Shown here piece by piece: positions 41,272 to 55,051 of a stretch of 64,000 nucleotides of DNA (positions are counted from its first letter, which is position 1; every line of letters begins with the position of its first letter). The notes beneath the pieces were generated by a model. That model made no database searches and had not been told where the DNA came from. It saw only the letters and a list, made by a program, of their open reading frames with translations. A program made the position numbers and the translations under genes. The DNA lies in the NCBI GenBank assembly GCA_964057225.1, contig OZ059897.1:7192001-7256000 (forward strand), written 5' to 3'. The stretch is from Auanema rhodensis (lineage: Eukaryota > Animalia > Nematoda).

Positions 41272-44200
41272 AGAACAACAAGAGTTTCAAGTTAAGATGC
41301 TGAAGTGGAGGTTCAATTTTCGATATTGTCATTGATGACAATTCAAAATTAGACTTTCATTAGTAAGAAATAAAAAACTTGGATAGTGAAAACATATAAG
41401 ATGAAGACAATAAACAAGATGAATGTTTGAAAATACAAAAAAAAGATTAATGAAAGTCGTGTTTAGTTCATGAATAGGATCATGATGGAAACACAGAAAG
41501 TGGTGGTGTGGTGATGTAGAGAGAGGGGAGGGTTTAGTTGGTTCGTAGAAAAGAAATGTAAAACGCCAGATGAACAACTTTGCCTTTCTTCATGCCTGGT
41601 ATGGATCCAATTTCGAAGATCAGGCAACAAGCTATGACGACGACGACAACGACGACTGCCATCAGAATGTAATGTTGTCATCTCTGTTTTAGGAAATTTA
41701 AATACGAACACACATACATATACAACCAACACAAAATGTGTATGTGTATATTATGTATTTGAAGTACAAATAATGAAAGAAGAGTAATAGATGATTAGCA
41801 GGATTTGAAGTATATAATCTATTCTAATAAATTAATATATAGGCAAAAATATCTGAGATAAAATTCTACTAATATATATATATATATATATATATCGATA
41901 TATAAAGCTAAAATACATTTATATTAAACGGTGGTGGTGGTGGTGGTGGTGGTGGTAGTGGTGAAGAGAGGGAGGGGAGGGGAGGGTGTTTGTGGTCAGA
42001 AATATATGAAAAGCATATGAGAATAGATGCTTACAAATGGGAAAATGTAGACAAAAAAAGGTTCAGAGAGAAATGAGAATACAGGAGAAGAGAAAAAGAT
42101 ACAAAACAGCTTTACGTATATAGGTGATATGCTGAGAAAATGGTAACGAAACTCTTTTAAGTTTTCTAACAAATGCATGACATGAAGCCAAAATGATTGC
42201 TAAAGCGCATATCAGGTTCATTGTGTACATCTGACGGCAGCATAATGATGGTGATGATTATGATTTACGGATTTTCATGAGAGCATGAGGATCGAGAGAA
42301 GTTGGTAATATGGCGTATTCTGTCTTTCTTCTCATCCATTTGAGACCATTGGTTGGTTAGGGTTTTTGTGGCTGAGTGCCAGATTAATTATTAAAATGTG
42401 TCCAGAGGCCAAGTCTAGTAGAGACAAACGCAGAAAGAGATTTAAATACGAAGAACAATGTGTTGTAGTAGAGGTAGCACAGAATGATGCCATAATAAAG
42501 AGGAAAAATGGAAAGATAGAAGGACAGAAAGGAGAGAGAATAGAAGAAATACGCTGGCGATTTGAGAATTAGACAGCGAATCATGGAGAGCATTGTGTGG
42601 TGGCTGACGAAAAATAGCCAGCTTTCCATAAACAGCTTTAAATCCATGAGGTCAGAAACGAAAATCCGAAGTAAACAATGCTTTATCCTAGATTCTTCAA
42701 GTCTACCTCTGCCTTTGGTTTCATCTACCCAACACTCTCGTCAATTTGCTCCCCTTCTCTCTCCCTTTCTAGCTTCTACTCTCTACCCTGAAAGCCTCTT
42801 GGGTTTTCAACCTCAATGAATGTTCTTGAGTGCCAGTCACTTTTCCTTTTTCGATTCCTATTTGTGTGGGCCGTCTCATTTCTCTTCATTCAGTTTTGTT
42901 TTTTGACTTCAAATTCATCTTTTTTCCTCAAATTTTTAAGTCTACAAACAGCCCACCTTCATTTCAAATATTTCTATATATTTTTAGATTTTGTGAGTAT
43001 GTAAGTATGTAATAAGAACAACCAACACCTTCTCATGTGATTATATAATAGACATTGCCTTCTATTAAGTTCATCTAATTCCCACATATGAGTATGTATA
43101 ACATCATACAATTACCAATTAAATTATTATCCAAAGCAACTTATTTTTCAACTTATTCTCAACTTTTTCACCCGAAAATGCATTAAATGAACTAACCTCC
43201 TCGCCACTAATTTCCCGTTTCTTTTCTTTATCCATTTTTAATTCTTGATGTTTGCTAAACTGACAAAATATAGTTTGTCCACGGATCTTAAGAAACAAGT
43301 TAACAATGCATTTAAATAAAAAAAAACATTAAAAGTCAAATAGATTGGCATACAGACTCGTACGAGTCTGTCTGAATTCGCCTATTCTACGTTTTCACGC
43401 ACCTGTACTGGTATAGCTGTCATTGCGGCAACAAATCCCTGAGCTGCACTTTCATCTTCAAATTCAACAAATGCCTTCAATAGTATATCGATTATGTTTC
43501 TATGCAATAATCTTTCTTATTCACCTGGCTTTTGCCTTTGAGCATCATATAATTTCCAATAGAACCATATGGAGCACACAGCTGTAGAAGCTGTACATCA
43601 GCCATATCAAGAGGAATATTTCTACAAATGTGTTTTTTGAATAACAACAACAAGAAAACAAAACAAAATAATAATAATAATAATAATAAACATAATAAAA
43701 GAAAGAAAGAAATACTATAAGTGTTTAATAAGTAATTAAATAATTTATATAGTATATGAATAAAACATACGTATATGTATCTCTTACCTAATATGAACTA
43801 CTCGTGATACTGTAGTATTATTTGAACCATTTGATGATTGCATAGTTGAACCAGCAGTAGTTTGACCACATGGTACGTTCTGAATCAAGCTTTTTCAAAC
43901 ATCTTTCATGAACCAAAACCGTGTTTTGATCAAAATTGCTATCAAACTTTGATGTTAATATACGTGAAAACTTGCATACGACCGTTCATCTTTGCTACAT
44001 TTTCGTGAAAATGCAAATTTCACGTAAAACGCACTATTGGCGTGGTAAACGAGAGCGTGAGCGCTAAACGTCAATTTTTAAAAAAAAAAAGAGAGAAAGC
44101 GTTCGTATTCGTATCGATATAAACGTTTGATCACATACATTTTCTAATGATCAAAAGATGGTAAAAACTCTGCGAAATATCTTTTAAATCCATTTTTTTT

Positions 44201-47200
44201 ATAATTTTTATCGGTTTTATGATCTAAAATGCATTTTTCTTTTGTAAAATTTGAACTGAATATAGCGACATAACTTGGAAAATGCGTGAGAATTGAAACA
44301 TTGGTCATGCTAGACCATATCATGAATCCAAATATTTCATAAACTTGCTTTAGTTAAGTAAAGAAAAACGATTATAATAAGGGACATAGTAGCTAATAAT
44401 AATCTTACATCTCTCTCTATCTCTCCCTCTTTCTCTCTATCTCTTATATATTATTTTATGTTTATTCTCATTCTATTATAATAATACTATTTCATAATAT
44501 AATCATTTCATATCTGACTGAAACATACACATACCTGAGTGATTTGAGCTAATGGTGGTCCGGTAAGCAAGTGGGCTGTAGCATTCATCTGCGTATAATA
44601 CTGGTTTAATAGAACTGCTGGATCTAACTTGGCCTAAACACATTGTAAATAAGAAACTGTCAAACTTTAAAGAAGCGTTTTCTGAATCAATTTTCTGTTC
44701 AAAAATGATTGTCTTTTTGCTTTATTGGTCATCATATATTACATATTGATTGTAAAACTATGATAGAAATATTATTTCATTATATCATATATTGTATGTA
44801 TGCTGATAATATGGCCAAATTTGCATGTAAATTTAATTATTACATATATCAAATTACTAATAAATTTCATTTTAATTTAATTTTTCTTTTTTTTTTTATT
44901 TAAAAATAAAATAGTAGAAGAAGTAGTGAGTAGGAAGCAGTCGAGGTAGGAGGAGTAAGAGTATGAGTACTAAGGATGATAACCAGAGATGGTGTAGGTA
45001 GACTAGTTAATAAAAACCTAATATATACATATATGGTATAGAATATAGTATAAAATAATTAAAAAAATATAATAAATATAATCTTTTGAGAGATAAATAT
45101 AAAAAAAAATTAAAATATTTTTAGTAAATTTGAAAAAAAAAGGAAGTTTGTTTTCAACTATACCAACTAGAACAGAGAATAATTAGCATAATATGTATAC
45201 ATGTTATAAACATTGTTTTATATTTTAATAAATATTATTATTATTATTAAATATATATATATAACTATGATAATTACCTTTTTAGCCTCTGAATCTACAG
45301 TCATAACTGAATTCAGAAGTTGAGCATTCAACGGCGTTAGTATGTCTTCTGCACTTCGCTGAAAATTAAACATTAAATTTACTGAATAACAATATGATTA
45401 AAGGTCAAAAATTCGTTTTTTTTTGTTGAAAAATTGAATGTTACAAACTGGAAAGAAAAGGTTTTTCTTCGTTTTTTTTTTGTTTCGATTTGTGTTGATT
45501 GAATACAACATTTATTCATTTTTCTATATTCTTTCATTCTTTAATTTAATATTTTAAATATTTATATTTTAACTATATAGAATGTATAGTTAAAGCGTCG
45601 TTTTTTTTAAAATAAAAATTTTTTGAAAAAAAACCGAGAAAAATTGATGATGATGATGATGATATATGAATGATTTGAATGTATAGATGATCGATTCTGA
45701 GGAACGGAAGAGAGAAGTTTTTCTTTGATTCGGTTCAAGACGATCAAGACTACATCATGATAACAAAGCCGATATTTCGTCAAGTTTGTAATCATAACAT
45801 CCTTTCCGACTATATGATGAATGGTAAAATTGTATTACAAAAACGATGAGAGAAAAGAAGAAGTTTGAGAGACAAAAAGAAAAAAAAAAGAAAAGAAAAA
45901 TGGTTCTTAAGAAAGGTTTTGATGAAAGGTAAATCAGATGAATTGTGAATTGTACTGATAAATATATTTGAACCTCTCCTCAATCATATATGATTAACAT
46001 AGAAACATCTATCTATATATACATGTTGAATGAATTGAACACCACCTTATTTATGTTTTTTTTTTTCGAAAAATCTTATTAACAGAAAGGAAAGAAAATT
46101 TCTTTTTTGGAAACTAAGAGTGATCTACAATAGAATTTTGACTAACATTAACACGAGACAGAATGACTTTGATTGGAAGTTTGACGTCGTTGTCGACGTC
46201 GTTGATGATGGAGACAACCGATGACGACACCATCAGTTCAGTCGATTTCAACTAGTACTATTCAGACTCCCAGCCAACCCTACACACAACTCTCTCTCTC
46301 TCTCTCTCTCTCTATCAATTTAACTCTCCAAACATACCATTTTTCATTTTAACTCAGATCAGTATAGAAGCTTCGTCTCAATTCCCTCTCTTTGCTATTT
46401 TTTTTTTCAAAAAAAGAGAATAGAGAGAGAAAGAGAAAGAGAAAGAGAGATACAGAGAGTTGAATTAAAAAGTTAAAAAAAAGAAAGAAAATTTGAAGAA
46501 AAACTTGAAGAGACAAACTTTGCGAATTTGCAGCGGAAATCCAGTATAGAAATCCATCTAAGCTAACAATATGTATCAGTATATGCCCCTGGACATTGTG
46601 CTTGCTATTCTCTCTATCAGCATATCGCTCTCATCTCACCACCCCCCTCCCTCCCAACCAAAACGCCTTTTCTACCCCTCTCTCTCTTTCTCTTTTTCTC
46701 TCTATCTCACTCTCCCTCTCTCTCTTTCCCTTTCTATGTATATATCTTTTTTCCTTTTTTTTTTCGATCAACACCTATCTATCTATATCTCTTCTACTTT
46801 TTTTTTGCTCTTCAAATTTCATCCTTTGATTCCTTATATTCTAAATGATGTTGTTTTCTGCTATATATGGCTAGTTAAATCACTTTGAAAATCAATAAAT
46901 TTTTGAAAAAAAAAATTGGAAAAGATATAGAATCAATGTTGCAAATCTGATAATTTCCGAACTATTATCACAACGATATTTTGGTCCAAAAAATATTGAT
47001 GAAATAGAATAGAAAAAGAAGAGAGAAAGAGAATGAATGAATAAGAGAGAGGAAGAGAGGGAGAGAGAGAGAAAAAAAAAGAAATAGAAAGTAAAATATA
47101 TAAATATAACATGTAATGTATCTATATATGTATTAATCTATATATATATATAGATGAAGAGAGCGAGAAGTTTATAAAAACTCTTGATATATTTCAAGTT

Positions 47201-48693
47201 TGAAAACTTTGAGAGGGAGAGAGAGAGAGAGAGATAAGTGAGGTGGTAATGTGTGATACATTTTCTAAACATGTTCATCTTATATAATCAAATTAGTAAA
47301 AGCCAATAAGAATTTCAAAACTTTCATGTTTGTATAACTAATATCTACTAAAAATTGAATAGAAGAAAAAAGGAAATAATGATTGTAGGCATGAAAGACA
47401 GCATAAACTGCTACATAATGACCAAAAAACTCGGATATTTCAAGACATGAATAGAGAGAGAGGAAGATAGAAAGGTTCAGATTGAAAAAGAAAGAGCTCA
47501 GAAAAAAAATAGAGAGAGAAAGAGAGAGAGCTCAGAGAGAAAGAGAAAGAGAGAGAAGATGACAACTAATGTATGCGAGAATATCAGGATACGCTTTCAG
47601 ATAATAGTAAATAATTGTTGTGAAGAATGATCATTTGAGATGTAAATGAGTTATCCATATCTTAGAAAATGAAACAACAAACGATTGAAGCAGAAGCAAG
47701 AAGAAGCAAAAGCAGAAGAGCATTCAATACTTTCATGTGTCTACTCTTCCTTGATCTATCAAATTAATTTGTTAGAATTAGAACAAAAGCTATATGCGAG
47801 AAATATCTTCTAAACATGATCAAAGGGCTAAATAAGCTTGATTAAGAGCTTGTACAGACACTTGATTGTAGCTTCCATACAGCATTACTCACTTCCGGTA
47901 CTTGAGATAAACCATGTGCATCATTGGGTCAGTTCATGACAACCGGAATAAGTTATTACTCAGAGATATTTGTTAAAGAACAAAGACAAAAGAAATAACT
48001 GTTCGATTAAAACAGAGAGAGAGAGAGAGAAAGAAAAAAAAGGATAAGAGAGAGGCAGAGAGAGAGAGAGAGACAGAGAGATTTTTTTTTGGCACAAAAC
48101 AAGAAATAAAATATTTCGTGTTCCAACATAGAAAAGAAGAATCTCTCATCTTAAAAACGGAAAGTCATAGTAAGGTTGACTATAATTGTCCAGATTATGA
48201 CAAAAAAAACTTTCGCTAACCATTATAATACAAAAATTGTTGTTTAAAATTGAAAAAAAAGAAGATTTCAACTTCAGCATTATTAACCAGAAAACTTAAG
48301 TTGTATTAGTTTAGTAGAGTTCTAACCAAAAAAAGATTTGAAAACACAAGACGATAACACTTTCTGAGAGTCTTGGCACACCAGACTCAAAATCGATGAA
48401 ATACAATTTCTTTTCGAGTCCTAATCCTCTTAATTATCAACTTAATCGTAGCTAGAAAGTCTGTTAAAGCTGAAGTCCGTGTTTCAGAGACATTTCCTTG
48501 CCCTTTTCTAATTGAATTTCAAAACGTATGCTCAGAATTGATGATTGAATCGTGTTAAATTAAATAAATTTTTTGTTAAAATTCGAATGAAAAACACAAA
48601 AATAGAGTTGAAGGAGAAAGATATTTCAAGATTATAATCCAAAAGAAAGAGAAAGAAAGAGAGAGCGGGAGAGAGAGAGAGCGGGAGAGAGAA

Positions 48694-48766
<73 letters not shown>

Positions 48767-48823
48767 ATGTGATAAATATTCAAATAACATATTTTTTTCT
48801 TATACTGATCTTACCTTGGACAT
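18688..48823 (-). CDS. ptb-1: Polypyrimidine tract-binding protein (4 RRMs); exons 48823-48815, 45358-45278, 44633-44535, 43879-43788, 43621-43525, 43474-43403, 43286-43197, 22939-22784, 21971-21920, 21368-21281, 21153-21020, 20861-20748, 20324-20167, 19934-19901, 19818-19726, 19440-19351, 19253-19184, 19105-18971, 18820-18688
   Basis: In-frame spliced translation: MSK|RSAEDIL..DSEAKK|AK (PTB-type bipartite NLS); RRM1 [31 protein letters not shown]; RRM2 [65 protein letters not shown]; RRM3 [30 protein letters not shown]; RRM4 [24 protein letters not shown]. The 9-nt first coding exon is the least certain part. Confidence 0.93.
25440..25545. promoter_or_regulatory. Candidate internal promoter or enhancer in the large ptb-1 intron
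   Basis: GGGCGG, CCAAT, ATTGG and TGACGTC motifs within ~100 bp of locally GC-richer sequence flanked by GA tracts. Confidence 0.3.
26719..26759 (+). repeat. (TC)n tract in the minority orientation
   Basis: Directly visible, ~20 units. Confidence 0.95.
30993..31073 (+). repeat. Longest perfect (AG)n tract, ~80 bp
   Basis: Directly visible in the sequence. Confidence 0.95.
43352..43371. repeat. Perfect 20-bp palindrome ACAGACTCGTACGAGTCTGT in a ptb-1 RRM1 intron
   Basis: ACAGACTCGT is the exact reverse complement of ACGAGTCTGT. Confidence 0.9.
48697..48764 (+). repeat. (AG)n tract ~50 nt downstream of the first ptb-1 coding exon donor
   Basis: Directly visible; reads (CU)n on the ptb-1 pre-mRNA. 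Confidence 0.95.
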
Positions 48824-51800
48824 TAAAGTTGTATAAATTAGTAGAATTTCTGTCTGTAAGCTCTAGGGCATAGCTGAAAAATTTATCAGCTTTAACACAT
48901 ATGAACTCAAGAAGTTAGCAATTTCAATAAAAACAACAAAAAAACACGAAAGAGAATAATGAAATAGGGAGAGAATTGGAAGGGTGAAATTGATATAGAG
49001 GGGGGATCAAGAATAGGAAGAGGGGGAGGAGACATAAGAAAAGAGAGAGAATGAGAGATTATGAGAGAGAGAGAAAGAGAGAGAGAGAGATTATGAGAGA
49101 GAGAGAAAGATAAAAATAAATTGAAGAAAAAGGTAATTTTTGATCAATAAATGACAATTTTTGTTTCTTTTTCTATGCAGACAATGATTTCAAGTCAAAA
49201 TTTATGAAAATTAGAAATAAGAAATGATATTATTTAGAAAATTCGTGACAAATAAATAAATAACTATACATATAGTAAACGAAATATTAAATAAAGATTG
49301 AAAAACAGGAATATATAATATCTTCTTAAAACTGGTAAGAACGTTGTTTCAAACCCTATTGTCGCCCTGATTGTATTGTATTTGTGTTGTGTCGAGAGAT
49401 GGTGGTGGACGCTGATGAACGACAACCAATCTTCTTACTACCTTGATGACTATGAAGACGACATCGTCTAAGGTATGTTTCAGATGAGGATAGTTAGCAA
49501 TACAACGACAACGGCGATAGCGAGGGAAGAAGAGTGAAGACGATGAAGATGAGGATGATGTTCATGATGATGAGAAACGAGAGTAAGAAGGAAGAGGTCG
49601 AAGAGAAACGAAACAAGTGATCATAGCCGGAAATAGAAAATGAATTGGTCAGGACTTTAGAGAAGAAGAAATGACGTCGTTTAGCGCTTGAGGCCGGATA
49701 TTGTTTAGGAGAGAGGAGAAGTAAGAAAAACCGTTAAAGACATATATAGCTTTCAAATTAATATTTTGTATTGACTAAAGATTCAAAAGAAAAGTAGAAT
49801 ATTCTTTAGTCAAGTTAAGCATAAGTTAATATAAGGCTGAGGCCTGATCCTATACAAAAATACCATGAATGAATTAACAAAGTTTATGAAATCAGATAGA
49901 AAAAGAAGATGTTTCACGTGGAATATGTGACTTGAAATTCAAAATTTGAAGGTAGAAAAACCAAAATTGAAGAAAAAAGTTTTTGAAACCTTCAAGAAGT
50001 GCAACAGTAGCCAGTGAAGAGGACAATGAGGTTGGCTGGAGAGCTGGGATTGAGAGATTTAGAACAATTGTAGGGTGGGGTTAGAGGGGAGAGGTAGCTG
50101 CGGATGAACTGATGAAGTTTGCTGTACTCCCCTTTCCTATCTCATTTCTCTCTCTAAGTTTTTCTCTGTCTCTGTCACGTTTTCTTGTTATGAGACTGTT
50201 TCGCTCTCACAATCTCTTGTACCCTCCCTCCTTTTCTCTTCTCGTCTCACAGCTATTGCTGCTTTCACGATAGTAGAAGAACGATCTCTTTCTCTCTTCT
50301 TCTTTCTCTACACGTAGTTCATTCTCAATTTCCTTCTCTCGTTTTCGTCTTCATCATCTGGTGTTCGATTCGGTCGATAGATCGGAAGCTACGAAGCAAG
50401 AGCTAAGGCTACTTTTCTTCATCTAACTACGACCTCAACCAGGGCTTGCTGAAACGACGAAGACAACGGCGACGGAAAAAAGAGCAAACAGACGTCCGGT
50501 CGACGAGGTGTCAAGAAGCGCGTGTGTGGAGGCGGAAGGGCTTCTATATCTCTCTCCTTCTTGCACTCTCCCAGAATGGTCGACAGGTACAGTAATTGCT
50601 CATTTAATAGTTATAGAAGATAAGAGACATTGAGAGAAATATAGAATTTAGAGAAGACAGTTAGTATAGAAAGTGAAAGTTATCTTACCTGTCTATTTGA
50701 CTATTGACAGTTCTGTTGAGCGTTAATAATGTGAGACAATAAAGAGAAAAGGAGAGAGGAAGGTGAGCACTGAACGGGACTAAGAGATTGACAGAGAAGG
50801 TGAGGGAAGAACGAAGCCCTTAAGCAGGAAAGTTAAAAGATTGAGAGATAATAAGAGAGAAATATTAACCTAGAAAGCATATCTAATATGCTACTTGAAT
50901 AGTCTCAAACTGCCATCACAGGGATAGACGGTGGATATGCAAACCACCTTTCTCCCTCACCTTTTTCCTTATTTGAGAAAAATTGATGGAAAGCAATATC
51001 TATATATCAATCTCTTATACTATTTACTATTTGTATATTATATATGCTAATTCTGATTCTTAACTATAAAGTTTTAAATAATAATTCAATCAATAATTTC
51101 AAAATATGTGCTTTTCAACAATGCTGCTGGTATGAAATGACAAAAACGACGAAATAACGATATAGTTAGCCAATACATCACTACAATACAGAGAGAGACA
51201 GAGAGAGAAAGAGACTGAATGACTGAAATAGCATGAGACTCAAGAGATTAGGACAAGAAGAGGTGAAAGGTGAAGGGGGGGGGGGGGGGAGGAGGAGGAA
51301 GAAAGAATGAAGAAGAGGCCAGAAGAGAAGAAAAACGTATTTTCAATCTATTCGATTGAGAATATTTTCTATTGAATACATATATATTCAACCTACTTCA
51401 ATACCAACCAACTTACAACTGATCTCTAACAACTACTGCGAGACTGTTATGTAATGGCTGATGTAGCAAGAGGTGGTAGGAGCAGTTTTTCTTGTTTTTG
51501 TCTGGTCAACCGTCCAAAAAACGTTCGTAAAACTGTTCTTGCAATGATTCACAAATGACATTTGTTTATTTAAATATTTGAAGAAATGAATGTTGCGAAC
51601 GAGAGAAGCACTGTGATGAAAACAAAAGAAGTCTCATTGCTTACCTCCCTCCTTCCTTCTCCTCTCATCCATCTTTTCTACGAATTTCCTTCACGAAAAA
51701 GCCAGATTATTAGAAGTTGAAGAGAATCTCTTATAATTGATAGATTTACAGACAGTAATTCAGTGAGCAATGCTCATATATCTGCTATCTCGTCGCAATC

Positions 51801-52493
51801 TATCGAGGTGTGAGTGAGCTGTCATCAGATAGATCATCTTCATCCTTACACACATACAGTGCTATCTCGTCAATCCAAAGCAAAAAATGCCTGCTTAAGC
51901 AACCAAAGTTCCATCTTATTCATTTCATTTTTGCCTATAAAAAAGACAAAGAAGCCCTGTTCTTTCGTTTTTGTTCCCGTCACGTAACATCAGAAAAGGT
52001 AGAAGAAAATTAGGAAGACGAAGCATATGCAGTCTCAAAGAGGGCACAGGTGAAGAAGAGAGAAAGATGGAGATGAGATAGATTGGTTTAGAAGATCAAA
52101 CATAGCCTCAACTGGTCAGCCAGATAAGGACATTAGTTGGTAAAAAAGAAGGCAAAACTATTCAAAACGCCTAGCAGAGAAGTTGTCAAACAATCAAAAA
52201 AACAATACGAACTATTCGTAAATGGAGCTCTTTGGACTGAAGAAATGACAAACGGATGGTCAAGCAAATCGTCTTGTGTCAAAGTATTTCCTTTCATCAT
52301 CCTATTTCATCGTATTGTATGCTTTTGCTAGTATGATTAACAAGTACGAGGATAAGGATGTGAAACTGATACGTTATATACTATTCAGTTTACTATTCTT
52401 TGTTGAACGAGACAAAATAAAAACGAAACCAACCGTTCCATGCATCTAACGAAAATAAAAATGAACTTTAGCGCTCAGCGGACACACGTGTAT

Positions 52494-52550
52494 TCACGTG
52501 AGATATGACGTGAGATATGACGTAAGAAATGACGTGAAAAATGACGCGTA
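52494..52550 (+). repeat. 12-bp tandem repeat, consensus TGACGTGAGATA, ~4.5 copies
   Basis: tcacgtgagata tgacgtgagata tgacgtaagaaa tgacgtgaaaaa tgacgcgta. Confidence 0.85.
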
Positions 52551-55015
52551 CTTACTTAATTAAGAAAAATAAAATAGAAAAGCGTACTAAACGTAAATTT
52601 CGTTTCAATAAAGTAATCATTTAAAGTCACACAGTCATTTAAGTTCAATGATCTGCTTAATATGGAAGATGTTTCTCGCTCATAATCCGCAAATATTGAT
52701 ACAGCGCTGATGTAACCAAATTCAATAAAGCTCTTAGCTTCTACCTTTTCTTTATATTTTCTTAAGTAATTATGTGAAATAGAAAATATATGAAATCTAA
52801 AAAAATTGTTTCAAGATATTGTGACTAGCAATACTCAAATCAAATGTCTCATCATACGGCATATTGATTGAAATGAATGCAAATAGAATTGAAGATGTTG
52901 TTACAAAAATGAAATGGCAATATACTTCAATATACTAATTAATATCAAATTAAATTAAATTTTTTAAAATATTTCTTGCATTTTTTGTTACCAGATTAAA
53001 CCTTATAAATGCATAATGCATATAAACGGTCCTTGTGAAACATACATTTTCTTCCAAAAAATTGAATAGGCTGTTGTAGAGAAAACAGAAAAAGATGAAA
53101 AGACTATTTGAACATCATCAATACATGAAGGATATTAGTGTATGCTGTTGAAAATGGCAATGGCATTACTTTCGGCTTTCGAAATCAGATGATTGTATGC
53201 TTCAGTAGCTGATGGTGAAACCTAGCAAGATTTTCAGGAAGCACTATAGTCCACCATTTCATTTAGTTCAATTAAGAGCCAATATATGAATGTGATATAG
53301 ATTAAAAATAGTTATTTTGTTTGTATTTGAATGAGATATGAAGATAAAAACTTCATTTTGTTGATTATCTGGTTCTTTTTTCTTTTACAAATATCACTTC
53401 CGCCATCAACTGTACAGTTTTTAAATGAAAATAAAGAAAAGAACACGATTAGAGATATGTAAAAAGGTTTTCCAACTCGTATATCATTGAGCCATCCCAA
53501 TACTATATGTAATAATTAGTAAATTGAACTAACCTTCAGGTTGCCCACTGCACGGAAATAAACTTGAGGTGCATAGTCTGGGTGCATAACTGCTGACATC
53601 TCTCTGTCTCTCTCTTTGAGCTGAATTTCGTATTTCACAGCTTTCGCTCTTTGTATTATTTCTGCTTTCAAAACTGAAAAAATAACAATTTCTTGGAAAA
53701 AATCCTATGTTTTCGTCATAAGAGTTTAAGTAACAATCTGGTTGACGAATACATAATGATATAGATGAATATAATAGCATGAAGTTAATGACAAAGATGA
53801 GAACATGAATTCGAAATTTGAACGAGGATGAGAAAAATAGTTGAAGGAATAAGAAAGAGAAAGAAAGAAAGAGAGGGAGTATGTGTGAAAGAGTAAGAGA
53901 GTGACACAGATATATAGATAGCAGAAAAACAATTGAGAATATAAGATTGCCATGAAGAAGAAGACTTTTTTTGGTTCCATCTTTCATCTCTCTCTCTCTC
54001 TCTCTCTTTCTTTCTCCCTCTTTATCTTTCAGCTTCAAATACATTCTCAGCAAGTGACAGACTGTTTCAGATATAGTCGGCTGACTGACTGCTAACGTAA
54101 GATTTACAGAAGACAGATGAACGAATGAAAGTACCATGAGGACGTCAATTAGTCCTCCTCACACTTCAACATCAACGTCTAACACAACAACTAACCGAGG
54201 TCAATTTTAATGGATTTATAAGGAATACATTAAGATAAAAGAAAAATTAAAGAAATGGTTAAGAAGTTTAAAGGTTAGATATACGTATAAACACTGAGAA
54301 CATAAGAAATTTCTTTAATTATATGCATTTGTCGCCGATTTGCTGTTGTACGTTTAGGAAAAATTGCGTTTATGGCGTGGTAGCTGAAGAAAATTTTTTA
54401 AAAGTTAATTGAAGAATTGAATTATCCCTTGATCAATATTGATTTTTCTGGTTTCAAACTCCTTAAGCGGCGATAAAAACGGTTTGAAACAGGTGTGAGG
54501 AAGATGGTCAAAGGTAAAATTAGGAAAGACAGAGAGATGAGAAGGAGGGGGAATTGGAAAATATGTGTAAGATAAGACAGGTGAAAATGATAATATGAAA
54601 TTTTAAAAAGTAGCAATAGAGAAGTTAGATCAATGAAAATCTAAATTGAAAAGACAAAAAAAGAATTTAACTAAAAAAAGGAAACGAAGGTGGGGAGGAA
54701 ATAAAGGAAAACGGATACAATACAAAATCAGCTGATAAATCAAGTTATGGATGTTGAAGTTATAACTCGAATGGTCATATACATGAGGCAGGGATTTGAT
54801 AAAATGATCAAAATTTCTTCGGAACCGTGTGAACAATTATTTTCTTTGAATTATTTTGTAATAATAATGAAGAATAGAAGAGGGTAGAGGATAAAAAAAC
54901 CAAATATTAATTCAAAATATTCGGTCTGTTGGTTTAAAATGGAAAAGTTCTTTTTGGAAAAAAAATTATGACGAAAATCTATGAGATGAACAGATCACAG
55001 AGAGAGTGAGTGTGA

Positions 55016-55051
<36 letters not shown>

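Noticed and set aside
52494-52550. CRISPR-like array
   Set aside because: Eukaryotic context, 12-bp units with no unique spacers, and no cas genes.
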